This document shows, piece by piece, positions 14,495-26,559 of a stretch of DNA of 64,000 nucleotides. How positions within the stretch are numbered: position 1 is the stretch's first letter; each line of letters starts with the position of its first letter. The position numbers and the translations under genes were made by a program. The stretch spans positions 23,622,001 through 23,686,000 of the forward strand of contig OZ296658.1 of the NCBI GenBank assembly GCA_965655095.1, given 5' to 3'. Below the pieces are notes generated by a model. That model saw only the letters and a list, made by a program, of their open reading frames with translations, was not told the DNA's origin and did no database searches. The stretch is from Haplodiscus bocki. Lineage: Eukaryota.

Positions 14495-14975
14495 TAGACT
14501 TCAAAACTTGAAAAAAACTAAAACTAACTTATGATTCACTTCCCTGATGATAAAATTTACGTATATGTGTTTGTGTTTATATTCTTCATAATTCTTTTCC
14601 GAGCTTATACTCTATCCTTATGATCTATACTCTCACTGATTTCTTTTGCTTAGATCTTTCCATGCTCTTGATCTTCATAGTGCTTTGTCTTGCTGATTTT
14701 AATAATAATTGTAAGTCAGATGTTGATATTAATCTAAAACCTAATTTAGTTTTTTATCATAAACGAATTTCTTTACTTGACTCAACAGATAGTAAAAGCC
14801 CTTTCTTTCGAACTCACGCCTGAGACGACCTTCGTTGAGGTGTAGGAGGGCAACAGTCGCAAAAATAAAGTAGGAGCCTTTTCCGGAGTTTTAAGATAGT
14901 TTTCTAGCTCGAAATGGAGTGGCTTTTGAGACTTTCCACTTCTATTTCCAACACCCCACCACTGAACACTTCACA
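14495..14975 (+). repeat. 3' LTR of element 1 (part with demonstrated homology; probably extends upstream to ~13640)
   Basis: Homologous to 1-481. Purine tract at ~13611-13634 and TGACGTCA/TATA motifs at ~13847 and ~13984 suggest U3 upstream, but the start is not fixed. Confidence 0.8.
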
Positions 14976-17229
14976 ATTTAGGTATCTTTTGGACATAAAT
15001 TTAACGTGTGACTGTAATATGCAATCAGTAGTCAACAAGTCATCTAAGCATGTCTCTGCAATTTCAGAACTTGAGATTATCACTATGATATCGACGTTCT
15101 CACGGTGTTCTAAAACTTACACGAAGCAACATACGGAGTATTGTGGAGTGATTTATAGATGCATCCTCAAGAGTAAGCTGCTTAATAATTTCAAGTTTCA
15201 ATACATGGAAATACAGTTTCTATATTTCAAAAAGAAGCTGTGTCAAACTGATGAACTGTTTGACACTAGCCTTGAAATGATTCTTTTCGATCCTAAAATC
15301 TTCGAACTGTTCAAATTTACCACCAGCATGTAAGAAGACAACAGGGTGCCACTGATTTTAATCAATTTTTTCCAGAATAAAATTTATCCATTGCAACCGA
15401 AATGTGAGTCCAAATAGGTTTCATGTACCTGAGTTTGATAAATTAATCAATTGCTTCTGCGTGCGATGTCGTAGGACACTGCTACGGAAGCAACGCTCAA
15501 AAACTAGAAGATTACCTTGCAACTGTCCTGCGTTACAAGCTAACGACACTTGGCAGATTGTTCTCCATGGATAACGTATAATTAAAAGCGAAAACTTGGC
15601 AGACGTTGTTTACTGCAAATGAGTGCCCAAAACCTGTACAATTGAAAGGGCCTCCTTTGTTTAGAATTGTATTTGGAAGGCCGATTTTAAATTCTACTGA
15701 CGAAGTTTACTCTGATTGTGTTAACAAAATATTACGTTTTGTTATTCAGCATTGGATTCAAGCAGTACACAGACTGACAAAAATAAGTTCCAAGCTCAGT
15801 AATCAGGTAAGTTGTGACCCTTGGGTACTTGAAACCACTTCTAGGCATATTTTTCTCCGACCACTGATATCTTCCCATTGCTCTCAATTCTTGGCTCAGT
15901 GCGCCGCACGTAGTCACTTTGTACAAAACATCATCCCCCTTGTACATAAGAAAGTGAGTGTTGCCTGCTGAGACTTCTTTCGAGAACAAATGGAAGCAAA
16001 ATGGTATCCTATGATGAGCAATGAAATCAGGGAGTCGAAAAAGTGGGATTTTTTCTGTTAAGGTGAATTAGTTTTTATTGAACTAGAACTGACTGGAAAA
16101 ATGATACTGTCATCTCCTTAATTGCCAACCAATCGGTAGTACAGCCAAACGCGAAACCATGTTACAACTACTTTACTAACTTGTTGGAGGACAACAATAA
16201 GAATCAAAATAAAAATCCATTAATCTGAGTATGCATATTTGGTAATCCCCTCTGAGACCTGGCTGATAGATGGCTGATAGATGAACAAAAACTCAGAAGT
16301 AAACATGGGATGAGATGTTGAAGTTTTTCCACGTCGCGATCGATCGCACGGGGTACTGATTGCAGCAATTAATAACTTTTTGGACAAGCTTACAGATCTC
16401 ACTATTAAATTTTTTTTCTGTTGCTCTGCTCTATTCAACAGGCTTATAGACTTTGTTTTTGTTTCCAACATTACACAGTTCTGGGGCAGCTTCTAAATAC
16501 CAGGTTTTTTTGAAAGTTTCAGAAAAACATTGGATAAATATTACGCTCTTTTCTATCGGTTTCATTGTTCTAACTTCCCCATCTTGACAATAAAATTTTT
16601 ACTGTTGGCGATTTCAACATTCCCTCATTCGGTTGGTCCTCACTAACATCTGCCAAACATTTGGAGCACCAATTGAAATTAGGTCTGAACTTAATCGGAA
16701 TCAGAATCAGTTCTTTGATGTTCCTACTGAGATCAGAGGAATTATCTTGGACTTTATTTTCTGTGGCATTGACACTTTCCCATACGCGGTTCTCAGATCA
16801 TTTGCCTTTGATATTGCGATTAAATAAAAAATCCCAACGAATCCTGTTCAGTTAGTATTTCAAGGGCACTTTCAAGCTAACATTCTCAATAACTTGTGTG
16901 TCTAACGTGTAAAGCTCTTTCAATTGGTTGTCACCAACTCCAACAAAGATTTCTACGAAGTATGGTCCACGCATCTAATATCCGCCAAACAGAATTCACT
17001 TTCACTTAAGCGTCAAAGACGTACCAATCTGTTTTCCTTCTATTCCTCACATACTTTTCAATTTCTCATTATATACGAAGTGAGCAACAAAATACTATAA
17101 AAAGAACATTCTCAAGCTACTCGTTTGAGCCAAATTCAGTTCAAACCTAAAATTGTGGGAAAAATTAAACTTGAGAAACATTTCGTGGTAAAAAAACTTA
17201 GTCCCTGCAGCCACTAGTCACTGTTCACT

Positions 17230-18750
17230 GTTAGAATCTTTTAAGAACGATGAGTTCAATGGAATTCCTGCCGTCCACGATGAAATGCGGTGAGTACATG
17301 TTTTCTGACGTCGACAAGGCGGAGTTATTGGACCATTTTTTTGGGAATGTCTCCAGCAATCAGAAACAATCCACTGCAGCTTTTAAACAATCTGACAAAA
17401 TCTGCTTGAATAAATTTGAGATAGATGTCATTTTGTACCGTCTGGCTTTCAAAGTCTTCCGGCAGTTCAGTCGTTGCTTTTGACTCTGTTGCATCATTCA
17501 ATCTTCACCATAAGAAGCATGGTTAGCATGGCATCATTAAAAACTTCCTGTGCGGAAGAAAACATTGCAATCAACATTGAGAAGCGGGCAGAAGCTGGAT
17601 AAATCAGGAAGCCTTTGCAGTCACACTTCAAGAAATATAAAACAAATAAAGACGTATAATAGTACAGAAACGTCACGCAGATACAAACTTGAAAAAGTTC
17701 GATTTCAAACGTAATTAAACCAAAATAACTCCAAACTTCATTTTTGTTATATCCTCAAAATCCTCGTTTGGCACGGATATCAATTTTTTGGTTAAGATTA
17801 GATGATTAAAATGCCAAGTACATGAAATTGAAGTGATTACTAAATCTTTAACTTTCGTACCAGACGGAATAGTATTTACAGAAACAAATTTAACGGATGT
17901 GATACCACTTAGAACTACAGCAATGAGGATATCAGCCTTTAGAATCAAAACCTCGCCAAAATGCCGAAAGACTGTCCCGTGGTGTGTTTCCTTGTACATT
18001 AAACAAGGACTTCATTGATTAAAAAAGACAGATAACTTTAAATCTGATATTGAAAAACTTTTATTGAGAATCTTCTTTGATGACTAAAACATTTTGCACC
18101 ATATGTAAATTGGTAAAATATTAAAAAAGGCGTCTTCTTCCTGACTTTCAGAAACTGATGCACTTTTCGGGAGGATTGAACCACTATTCATTCATTTCTG
18201 GCAACTTCAATACAGACGCCATGAAAACAAACTCCACTGTACCTGAAGACAGAGCATTATTGGATTCTTGGTTTCCTATGATTTCGAAATACAGAATCAG
18301 ACTCCCTACTGAACTGACTGCAAAATCGGAAACTTGCATTGACCATATTATCTCTCGAAATGAAATAACACATTGAGAGACAATAACATGCACTATTATG
18401 ATTATTTGTCAGTTATGGCTGCTATTCCTGTGAAGCAAAACCCAAAAAAGAATTCCTATAATGTGACAAAACAAAAGCCAGGAGCTTGATGAACCTCAAA
18501 AAAGAAAATGCCCATAAATTGTTGTTTGTCCTTGATCAGAAACTGAAATCAATTCCTGGTATAGAGTCTGCAAATGATTTATGCATATTTGTGCCGTCAA
18601 AAACTACCCGAAAGATGTTTACTAAAATGGATTTCTCTCTCAAACTTTTGAAATTACCAAAAGTAACAAAAAGCTGTAATATGTATGTAATATTGAGACC
18701 AATATCAAATTAAAACTTGCTGAATGGTTATTACCGAAGAAAACTCCAAG
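17230..18750 (+). mobile_element. Degenerate non-LTR (LINE) fragments
   Basis: KAELLDHFFGNV (pre-RT linker) and APE-endonuclease-like motifs VFTETNL, GNFNTD and TCIDHII in broken frames. Confidence 0.55.
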
Positions 18751-18907
18751 ACTTTCTAGACTAATCTTTGTTTAATTTTGCTGACTCTCTAATTGGGAAG
18801 CGTAAATTCCTTTAAAGCCAGTCAAGTGTGCCACATAATGACATATGGCAGCAACTATTTGAGAAAACAATGACAAACAATCCATTTTTTTTTCAAAAAA
18901 GAAATCA

Positions 18908-19070
18908 AAAACATGGTAATCATACCATGATCATGTCATGAATCATGACGACCATGCCAAGAAACATGGCCGCCATGCCATCATCATGGCATAATCATAA
19001 CCATGTTTGGCATGATCTTAGTATGATCATGGCAAGATCATGGTATGGCAGCCATGTTTTTTCAACCCGG
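18908..19070. repeat. CATG-rich palindromic element (MITE-like)
   Basis: AAAAACATGGTAATCATACCATGATC ... GATCATGGTATGGCAGCCATGTTTTT imperfect inverted repeat. Confidence 0.55.
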
Positions 19071-21362
19071 GTATCCTTCAATTCAGCGCAATAGATTTAT
19101 GCTGCAAAGTCTCATTCATTCATTTCTCATACAATGACCCCCTTCCTGGGTTAAAATATTTACATGGAAGCTCTTTTTTGGAACATACTCCCGATATACT
19201 TTGCTTTGACATTGTTGTTAAAAATTTGGCTCCAAAAAAGCATATAAGGTTTTCTTCACTCACCCAAGAATACCAGTCTGGTGGGTTGAACTTCATTGTG
19301 TACCTTGAAAACTCAGCTCACAAGCAAAAAACAAGTTGCTTTTTTCTGAGCTACAAGGATTACAAACTACTGGATACAACAAAAAAGTTTTACACTCGAC
19401 ATATTATTTTATGGTGTATTTTATTAGTCCTTCTTTAAATATTTGACAAAGAGGGCTGCAACATTTGATCTTAATAATTCTCGCTATTTGTAAGTCAATT
19501 TAATTTTAAAAAAACATGGCGACAACTTTTTGAATGTTCTGTTACTTCACTAGCAGTATTTTAGGTTTAATAGTTCAGCAATTTCGTTCACTAATACTTT
19601 TGAACTGGAGCATTACTGACAAAAATTTTTCGATATCTAACAGATTTAAATGAGAGATGTCGCCTTACACACCCGACCCAAATTTTGAAAATGGAAACGG
19701 AATCATTGTGAATGTATACCATTCAGATTAATTGGTTATGTCCGTTTAACTTCTATAAGTCTGTAGATAGGCTGCTGATTACTTAATTCAATTACTTCAT
19801 TCCATTTGGTTGGCACTCCACAAGAAATCTTTCATGTTTTAGTTGTACGCGGCCTTACAAAGAAGATGTTTTATATGAAGATATTGTTTTTTTTTCAAAA
19901 ACGCAGATTTATTGATTACAGTTCATTTCTTTGGGTATTGGGAGGTTACTGATCTCTTAACTGAGTTAATTTGCGCTCGTTGACCTAATTGAAATCGTAA
20001 CTGACATTTTTTTTACTTTGTCGTCTGGTTACATTATTCTGATAAATTTCATATATGACCAAACGTGGACAGCACTGGTGGAGCCTCCAAACTTCAATTA
20101 ATTTACTACTTTTTAAAAACATGAAACTCCAATAGAAATGGGCACTGATATTTCATCTTCTCATTTTGACGTGAAAGAGTTTTCTTTTCGCGAGTTCTAA
20201 AAAAATTGATTCCTACATTTTGTTCATTTCTCGAGTTTGTTCACGGTCTTCCGGTGGGATCGCTAAGGTAGTTCATTGTATTTGTGTGGTGCCCCACAAG
20301 ATAGCTTTCATGTTATAGTTGTACGGCGTCTTATTAGAATGATGTTTTCTCACTAGGATAATGTTTTTTTCACAACTGTCAATAGATTACTTACTGTTCA
20401 TTTGTATGGGTAATTAGAATGTTAGTGATCTCTCATTTGAGTTAGTTTGCACGTGCTGCTAACCCAATTCAATTAAGTACTGACGTTTTTACCTTCTCTG
20501 ACTAAATTATTCTAATACTTTTATTAAATGACCAAATGTAGTCAGTGTCCCGAACCTCCACCCTTATGACGCTTTCTCAACAGTATTTGTCCAACTGTCA
20601 CTCTTTGTACAGTGTCTAAACTTTCCCGGATTGAATCCTTGATTTTCCTTTATTATTGCATATTTTTGCAGAAAATTGAAAACCGGCGGATTGTTTCTAA
20701 GAAGTGCTCTTAATCGGGGTATCTAAGAAAAAATCTTCTCGAAATGATGATAACCAAGTCCGGTTATCAAATTTGAAAATATTGTATCGCAAACGCCTAT
20801 TAGAGGTCGCTGAATTTTTGAATTAAAATGTCAATTGACCTTATGTTGAAAATTTAATACCCGAAATTTCCAGATGAGTTTGCATCTTGAAACCATCAAA
20901 ATGCAATTGTTCGTTCAAAAGCTGTGATCCTTTTGGCGTACAATTGTTGCCATAATGTAATCTGGGTTCTCAGGCTTCTTCTAGATTCGACGTGTTTTCT
21001 GATTTTCAACCTCTGAAAAGAGGTATCTTACTGGTTTTGGTCCAGAAATATTTTGCCCATCACTGATAAACCTTTTTGAACACAAATAAAACCAAAATAA
21101 ACAGGTCGTTTAACTATGAAATATTGCTACAAAAATCTTGTATTGGCCGTTTTTTTTGTACGAGTTACTGGGAAATTTCCTGCTTTTGTCCGCCAATCTG
21201 CTTGTATCGTAGAAAAATTTCGGACAAAAGTTCTACTCGGGAACCTGAGACTTTTTTATAGTTTTGCAAAATTTATCTCGGAAAAAGTTTCTAGGGGAAC
21301 TCACTTTTTAACGGATCACAAAAATCATCGTTCAACCTATTGAAACAAAATAAAAACTTAGT

Positions 21363-22835
21363 CTAACCTCCCGGATGTGAATTCACCAACTCCGTAACGT
21401 CATAAACTTGTTCACGAATGATAATCCAGCAATCGTCCACCGTATCGTGCTGTCGAACTTCCTCTCGTGAATAAACTTTCTCTTTGCTTTTTATTTTTTT
21501 ATCCAGTTTGGGCAAAAACTGGGAATGGAAGGGATGTCGTTTTCGTTCATCCACTGGTCGGAGTTCTATTTCAATTTTCTTGTCCAAAATCTTGCGCCAT
21601 TTTTCCTCTTTTTTCATATCATTTTCGTAATCTGTTTGTGCTGAAATGTCGAACTTTTTCTCAGAAGGGGTTTCTCGTTTCTTGTATCCCCCAACAATTC
21701 TTTGGACTGTGTTGCTTTTGGCTTGAAGATTATGAACACCTTTTTTCTGAACCGGTAACACGTTTTCAAGAAAGTGGTTTTTCAGGGCTTGTTTGCTTTC
21801 ATGCAGATGTTCGCTTGATTGGATACTTTTACTAGTAATTTTATCGGACAAAATGTGACCCATTTCCTGGAACCCTGGGTACAGCAGAATTCTCTGGTTG
21901 TTTGGATGTTCTTTGATTAGTAAGTTGAAACAGGAGTTATCGTAAGGACAAGCTGGGTTCTTGGTTTTAGAAAGAGGTTGAGAGACCCAGTTTTGGTCTA
22001 TTGCCTTGATCGAAAGCTTGGTCGACTTTGGAATTAACCTTAGTTCCAAGGAAAACTTGAAATGGAAAAGTCGGGAATTTAATTCAAGATCACGGGTTCC
22101 TTTATGGCGCGCCGTTTCTTCAATGAAACAAGAGGTCCAATTTTGATGGTTATCGATGGAATATTCCACTGAAATTACCTTTTTTCCGAGTCCAGCAAAA
22201 GCCAAACCTTCCAGAACTACTTCGTCTCTGGCTCGTACTACGGTTCCGGTTTTTGGAACGGTTAAAAACGACATGATTGGGATTTCAACCGGAAAAGCAT
22301 TCCGGTTTTGGGTCAACTCAATGGCGAAAATTGACCCGTATCGGTCAGAGGTCAAATATCCGGGAATAATTAGTCTGAAAGGTCCTCCGGATTTTATATC
22401 TAAATTACGATTGTTGCATTTAAAAGCAAGCATTGCTCCTATGTTTGGATTCAGCAGCACTGAAAGAGGAATTTTCAAATGTTTTTCTTTATCGTCTTTG
22501 AAAATACTCGAATGGAATTCAACTGTTGTAATTTGTTCCTCGTTGATCTGGTATTTCGAGAACATTGTAGAAGTTTCTATTCCAGTGAACGTGGCCTGTG
22601 TGTACAAACTGCATTTTTCTGCACTGAACTTCTCGTCAACCAATAAGATGTCGCGATCAATGACGTCATCGAGCCACTCGAATCGGTCGAAGATCTGATC
22701 AGGAAAATCGATTCCGGAAATGAGAATGAAATCGTTGACTTTTGATAAAACATGTTCAGGGATATTTTGTTTGGGCATCATGTAAGCAGGAATTGGTGTT
22801 AGCTGTGTATAATGATCTTCACTTTCGTTTTCCAT
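21363..22835 (-). CDS. Sulfite-oxidase/nitrate-reductase-family Moco and dimerisation domains followed by a cytochrome b5 domain; divergent, probably continues in a downstream exon
   Basis: MLAFKCNNRNL...GGPFRLIIPGY, LEGLAFAGLGKKVISVEYSID..NW, KAIDQNWVSQP, then VYSREEVRQHDTVDDCWIIIREQVYDVTELVNSHPGG. The ORF ends at a donor-like GAG|GTTAGA inside the b5 domain. ATG at 22835. Confidence 0.75.
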   Translation of the reverse strand: MENESEDHYTQLTPIPAYMMPKQNIPEHVLSKVNDFILISGIDFPDQIFDRFEWLDDVIDRDILLVDEKFSAEKCSLYTQATFTGIETSTMFSKYQINEEQITTVEFHSSIFKDDKEKHLKIPLSVLLNPNIGAMLAFKCNNRNLDIKSGGPFRLIIPGYLTSDRYGSIFAIELTQNRNAFPVEIPIMSFLTVPKTGTVVRARDEVVLEGLAFAGLGKKVISVEYSIDNHQNWTSCFIEETARHKGTRDLELNSRLFHFKFSLELRLIPKSTKLSIKAIDQNWVSQPLSKTKNPACPYDNSCFNLLIKEHPNNQRILLYPGFQEMGHILSDKITSKSIQSSEHLHESKQALKNHFLENVLPVQKKGVHNLQAKSNTVQRIVGGYKKRETPSEKKFDISAQTDYENDMKKEEKWRKILDKKIEIELRPVDERKRHPFHSQFLPKLDKKIKSKEKVYSREEVRQHDTVDDCWIIIREQVYDVTELVNSHPGG

Positions 22836-23519
22836 TTTAGAACAGGTTTTCTTGTAGACAGAAAACAAAAACAAGACAACTACTTTTCAATACGAAATGA
22901 CTTTTTGTAGCTCTCTTTGAAAGTCTGTTCAGCTCAACTTATATGCTTTATAGTTTCAATCAATCGCGAGGCAAGCTTCAATTAAATTTGTTGATAAAGT
23001 TGTATGATTCTAAATTATAATTTGTTATTTTAGTCAGCCTTAGAGAGCTTTTAGCAAAGTATTGCTTGATCAAGTTACGTCAGTTTTATTTTTTTAAAAA
23101 CTCGTGTAACCATTTATCGAAAGTATACTGAATAATTTTCTGGCATGAAAGACTAGTAATAACTAATAACTTTCATCATAACGCAGCCAAAACATTTTTT
23201 AGTGTATTGACTATTTGCTTCATAGGCATAACTGAATATTATTTTCAGTAGTTTTAGATTTCTTTTGATATTCCTTATTTGAAGTGACTTCTGCTCAGGA
23301 AATCAAGCCAAATCGCTTCAAATTTGATTTATTGATTACCAAACAGTCACGGTGCATCAATGCCTTTTTCCAATTTGATGAAAACAGTTAGTGTTTATTC
23401 CAATTTTGATCACCTGTTTTTTCTTGAATTTTCATTTTGAATTTTTTCGCCAATTCAACATCATTTCGCTTCCTGTTAAAAAACAAATCCAAAAAACTTT
23501 TGTGGTCGTTTTTCCTCAA

Positions 23520-24014
23520 CGTTGCAATAATTACTAGTTTACACCCATATGTAATATAGAAGGAAAATCATCCAATCGAACGGAGCGTTTTTTTTTTACG
23601 TTTACTTGCCAATTGTCCGGACAGCGCAGATTCTGACCTTGAAAATTCTTTATCACCAAATTTTAGCAAATATGCCGTAGAATTCGACTGAAAAAAAGTA
23701 AGATTTCTCAAAACGTACAAAAGTTGAGTTTTTGAAAAATGAATGGGTTTTTTTAATTTTTTCTTCAAAATCGTTAAAGGTGGCAAATTTGCTCTAGATT
23801 GCGTATCAAATGATATTATTTCATAAAAATGTTTCGTTTCTACGTGAATTGAGGCTTTTTGCAGAAATCAGAAGAATTTTAACTTTGGAAAAAATTATCT
23901 AAATCTGTTGAAGATAGTATGTTTTTTTTCAAAAAAAACGCTTGCATCCTTCTAAAAACATATTTAGCTGAGTTAGAAGGCGAAAAATATGCTGGTAGTG
24001 GCCGACCGTTTTGT
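23520..24014 (+). mobile_element. Non-autonomous Helitron-like repeat copy
   Basis: Shares its body with 56860-57376 and, in reverse, 49560-50000; ends in a degenerate form of AAAATATGCCGGT..TAGCCGGCCGTCTTGT. Confidence 0.55.
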
Positions 24015-24461
24015 TTTGAAATTCTTTTTTTATTTTTGTCTTGACTGGAACATTTTTCAATCAACATAGGTCACCAAAATAGAGAAAAATCAATTGGTTT
24101 TTTTGCTATTTTGGTAACCTATGATGATTGAAAAATGTTCCAGTCAAGACAATAATATAGCATTAACAATTTTAAAATAATTATTCCAAGGTTGAGAGAA
24201 AACAACCAAAAAAGTTTTCGACTTAAATTGTTTTTTTTACAGGAACGATAATTTCCAACTTTTGTTGCTGCCCAGAGTTCCTAAATTTGTCCTTCTTTGA
24301 AAACGCTGTTCGATCATTTTCTGCTTCCCAAAAACATGAAACCCAATTAGAAAAAAGATATTCATATTCCATTTTCTGAAATTGGCCTGAACGAATTATG
24401 TTTTCACAAATTCTGAAATTTTGCTTTCTAAATTTTGTTCATTTCTCGAGTTTGTTCACAG

Positions 24462-24702
24462 TCTTCCGGTGGCGAGAGGAAGTCGCAAGGATCGAACTCG
24501 GAGAGACGGTTGATCAAAGTTGCGATTGGTCAAAAACTGGAACAAGTGCTAAGTGGACTTCCGGTGGATTACAAAACAGTGGCGGAGGTGAGGTTGGTCA
24601 AGATCGCCGATCGAGATATCACAGAGGTTGAAGATCAAGATAAGTACATTACTTTGCATCCGACGAGAAGATTCGACGGAAAATGGTCGCTGGGATCTTC
24701 AG
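24462..24702 (+). CDS. Internal exon of a host gene, probably part of an Ig-like domain
   Basis: TTGTTCACAG| acceptor, 241-nt open frame (SSGGERK...RRFDGKWSLGSS), CAG|GTTAG phase-1 donor; GC-richer than its flanks. Confidence 0.6.
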
Positions 24703-24881
24703 GTTAGCTCCTCCAACACATTTGACAGGTCGCCAGAACATTCAAAAAATCTTCTTGATAGTTTCCTTATAATAATCTTCCTTATGATAATCAATCTTCC
24801 TTATGTGTACCTAAACACAAACAGTGCTGTAGAGCTAGATCTATGGCATAATGTTAAGTTGAGTGGTCTCGCTGCAAATTA

Positions 24882-24882
24882 C

Positions 24883-24921
<39 letters not shown>

Positions 24922-24922
24922 A
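24882..24922. repeat. (AAAG)n microsatellite
   Basis: Directly visible. Confidence 0.9.
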
Positions 24923-25189
24923 GAGTTAATTTCTTTGATGGAGATAGTATAAAAGTAAATATGTTAGGAAAATAAATATAATATAAGATAAAGCCAACTC
25001 ATCTCACATCAAAGGGGACCCTCCCAAGGTGTAGCACCTTTCACTTGAGGGCCCTGGTGAAAGTACTATATCCTAAGGACCTATCAGAATCTTGACTGTT
25101 CGGCTGGTTAAAAAATAGTTTCGTAGACAACGTTACTGAGTTGAAATTCCTCTACTACAGATAGATCTCTACTACATTTTTTGATGTCC

Positions 25190-26552
25190 GAAATTTGTGA
25201 AACACTAAAGGTTTCCTTTACGAAGTTTTTCGGCACTGTGAGACAAAAAATTTTCGACGGAAACGTGATACCCCCTATTATGCATAAAATTTTTCGATAC
25301 CCCAAATTTTCTGAGACATTGAAGGGATGCCCACGAAATTTTTCGGCACTGTGAGACAAAAAATTTTCGACGGAAAATTGTGATACCCCCTATTATGCAT
25401 AAAATTTTTCGATACCCCAAATTTTCTGAAACATTGACGGGATGCCCACGAAATTTTTCATCCATAAAAACTTTTTGAAACCAAAAAATTCCTCAAAAAC
25501 ACTAGGATTCCCTTACGAAAGTTTTCGGCACTGTGAGACAAAAATTTTGACTGAAAATCGTGATATGCCCCCTCTTATCCATAAATTTTTTTCGATACCA
25601 GAAAATTTCCGGAAAACAGAAGGGTTCCTTTACAAAGCTTTCCGTTTCGGTCCTGTGAGACAAAAAGTTTCGACGACAAAACCGTGATGCCCCCCCTCCT
25701 TCTATGCATGAAAATTTTCGATAAAAGAATTTTTCTGAAACAACACCAAAGTGTTCTCCAATGAAATATTTCGGTACAGGGAGACAAACTTCGACGGAAA
25801 ATCTTGATACCCCCCTTATCCAAACTTTTTCGGTACCCGAAATTAGTGAAACACTAAAGGGTTCCCCTACGAAATTTTTCGGCACTGTGAGACAAAAAAT
25901 TTTCGACGGAAAATCTTGATACTCCCCCCCTTATCCAAACTTTTTCGATACCTGGAATTATTGCAACAGTAAAGGATTCCCCTACGAAATTTTTCGGCAC
26001 TGTGAGACAAAAAATTTTCGACGGAAAATCTTGATACCCCCCCTCTTATCCATTAAATTTTTCGCTACCGGAAATTTTCTGAAACACAGCACAGAAGGGT
26101 TCCCCTACGAAATTTTTCGTCACTGTTAGACAAAAAATTTTCGACGGAAAATCTTGATACTCCCCCTCCCTTATCCAAACTTTTTCGATACCCGGAATTA
26201 TTGCAACAGTAAAGGATTCCCTTTCGAAATTTTTCGGCACTGTGAGACAAAAAATTTTCGACGGAAAATCTTGATACCCCCCCTCTTATCCATTAAATTT
26301 TTCGCTACCGGAAATTTTCTGAAACACAGCACAGAAGGGTTCACCTATCAAATTTTTCGGCACTGTGAGACAAAAAAATTTTGAACGAAAAGTCGTGCAT
26401 AGAATACAGAAATCAGTGGTGGAATTGATGTTTGTAGAAAACTTTCGCAAACTAGATTTTAAACAGTAGTCTCGTTTTTAACTGTGGGCAAATGTTGATC
26501 AAAATATTTGTATTTCTGCGAAAAATATGCCGGTGCTAGCCGGCCGTCTTGT
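25190..26552 (+). repeat. Tandem array of ~115-125-bp units ending in a Helitron-like terminus
   Basis: About 10 units with core TTTTCGGCACTGTGAGACAAAAAATTTTCGACGGAAA; terminal hairpin GCCGG-TGCTAG-CCGGC then CTTGT at 26529-26552. Confidence 0.8.
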
Positions 26553-26559
26553 TATGTAT

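Larger units (their letters stand above)
1..14975 (+). mobile_element. Decayed env-bearing Ty3/Gypsy LTR retrotransposon (element 1); 5' LTR cut by the window edge
   Basis: 1-481 is homologous to ~14495-14975 (19 mismatches in a 180-bp block compared by eye). Internal order is gag, PR, macrodomain, RT, RNase H, integrase, env-like, with many stops and frameshifts. Confidence 0.9.

Noticed and set aside
20880-21340. Continuation exon of the nitrate-reductase-like gene
   Set aside because: The candidate acceptors I translated did not give the expected rest of the b5 domain.
25190-26390. CRISPR-like array or repeat-protein ORFs
   Set aside because: The sequences between cores are themselves homologous rather than unique spacers, there are no cas genes, and the context is eukaryotic.
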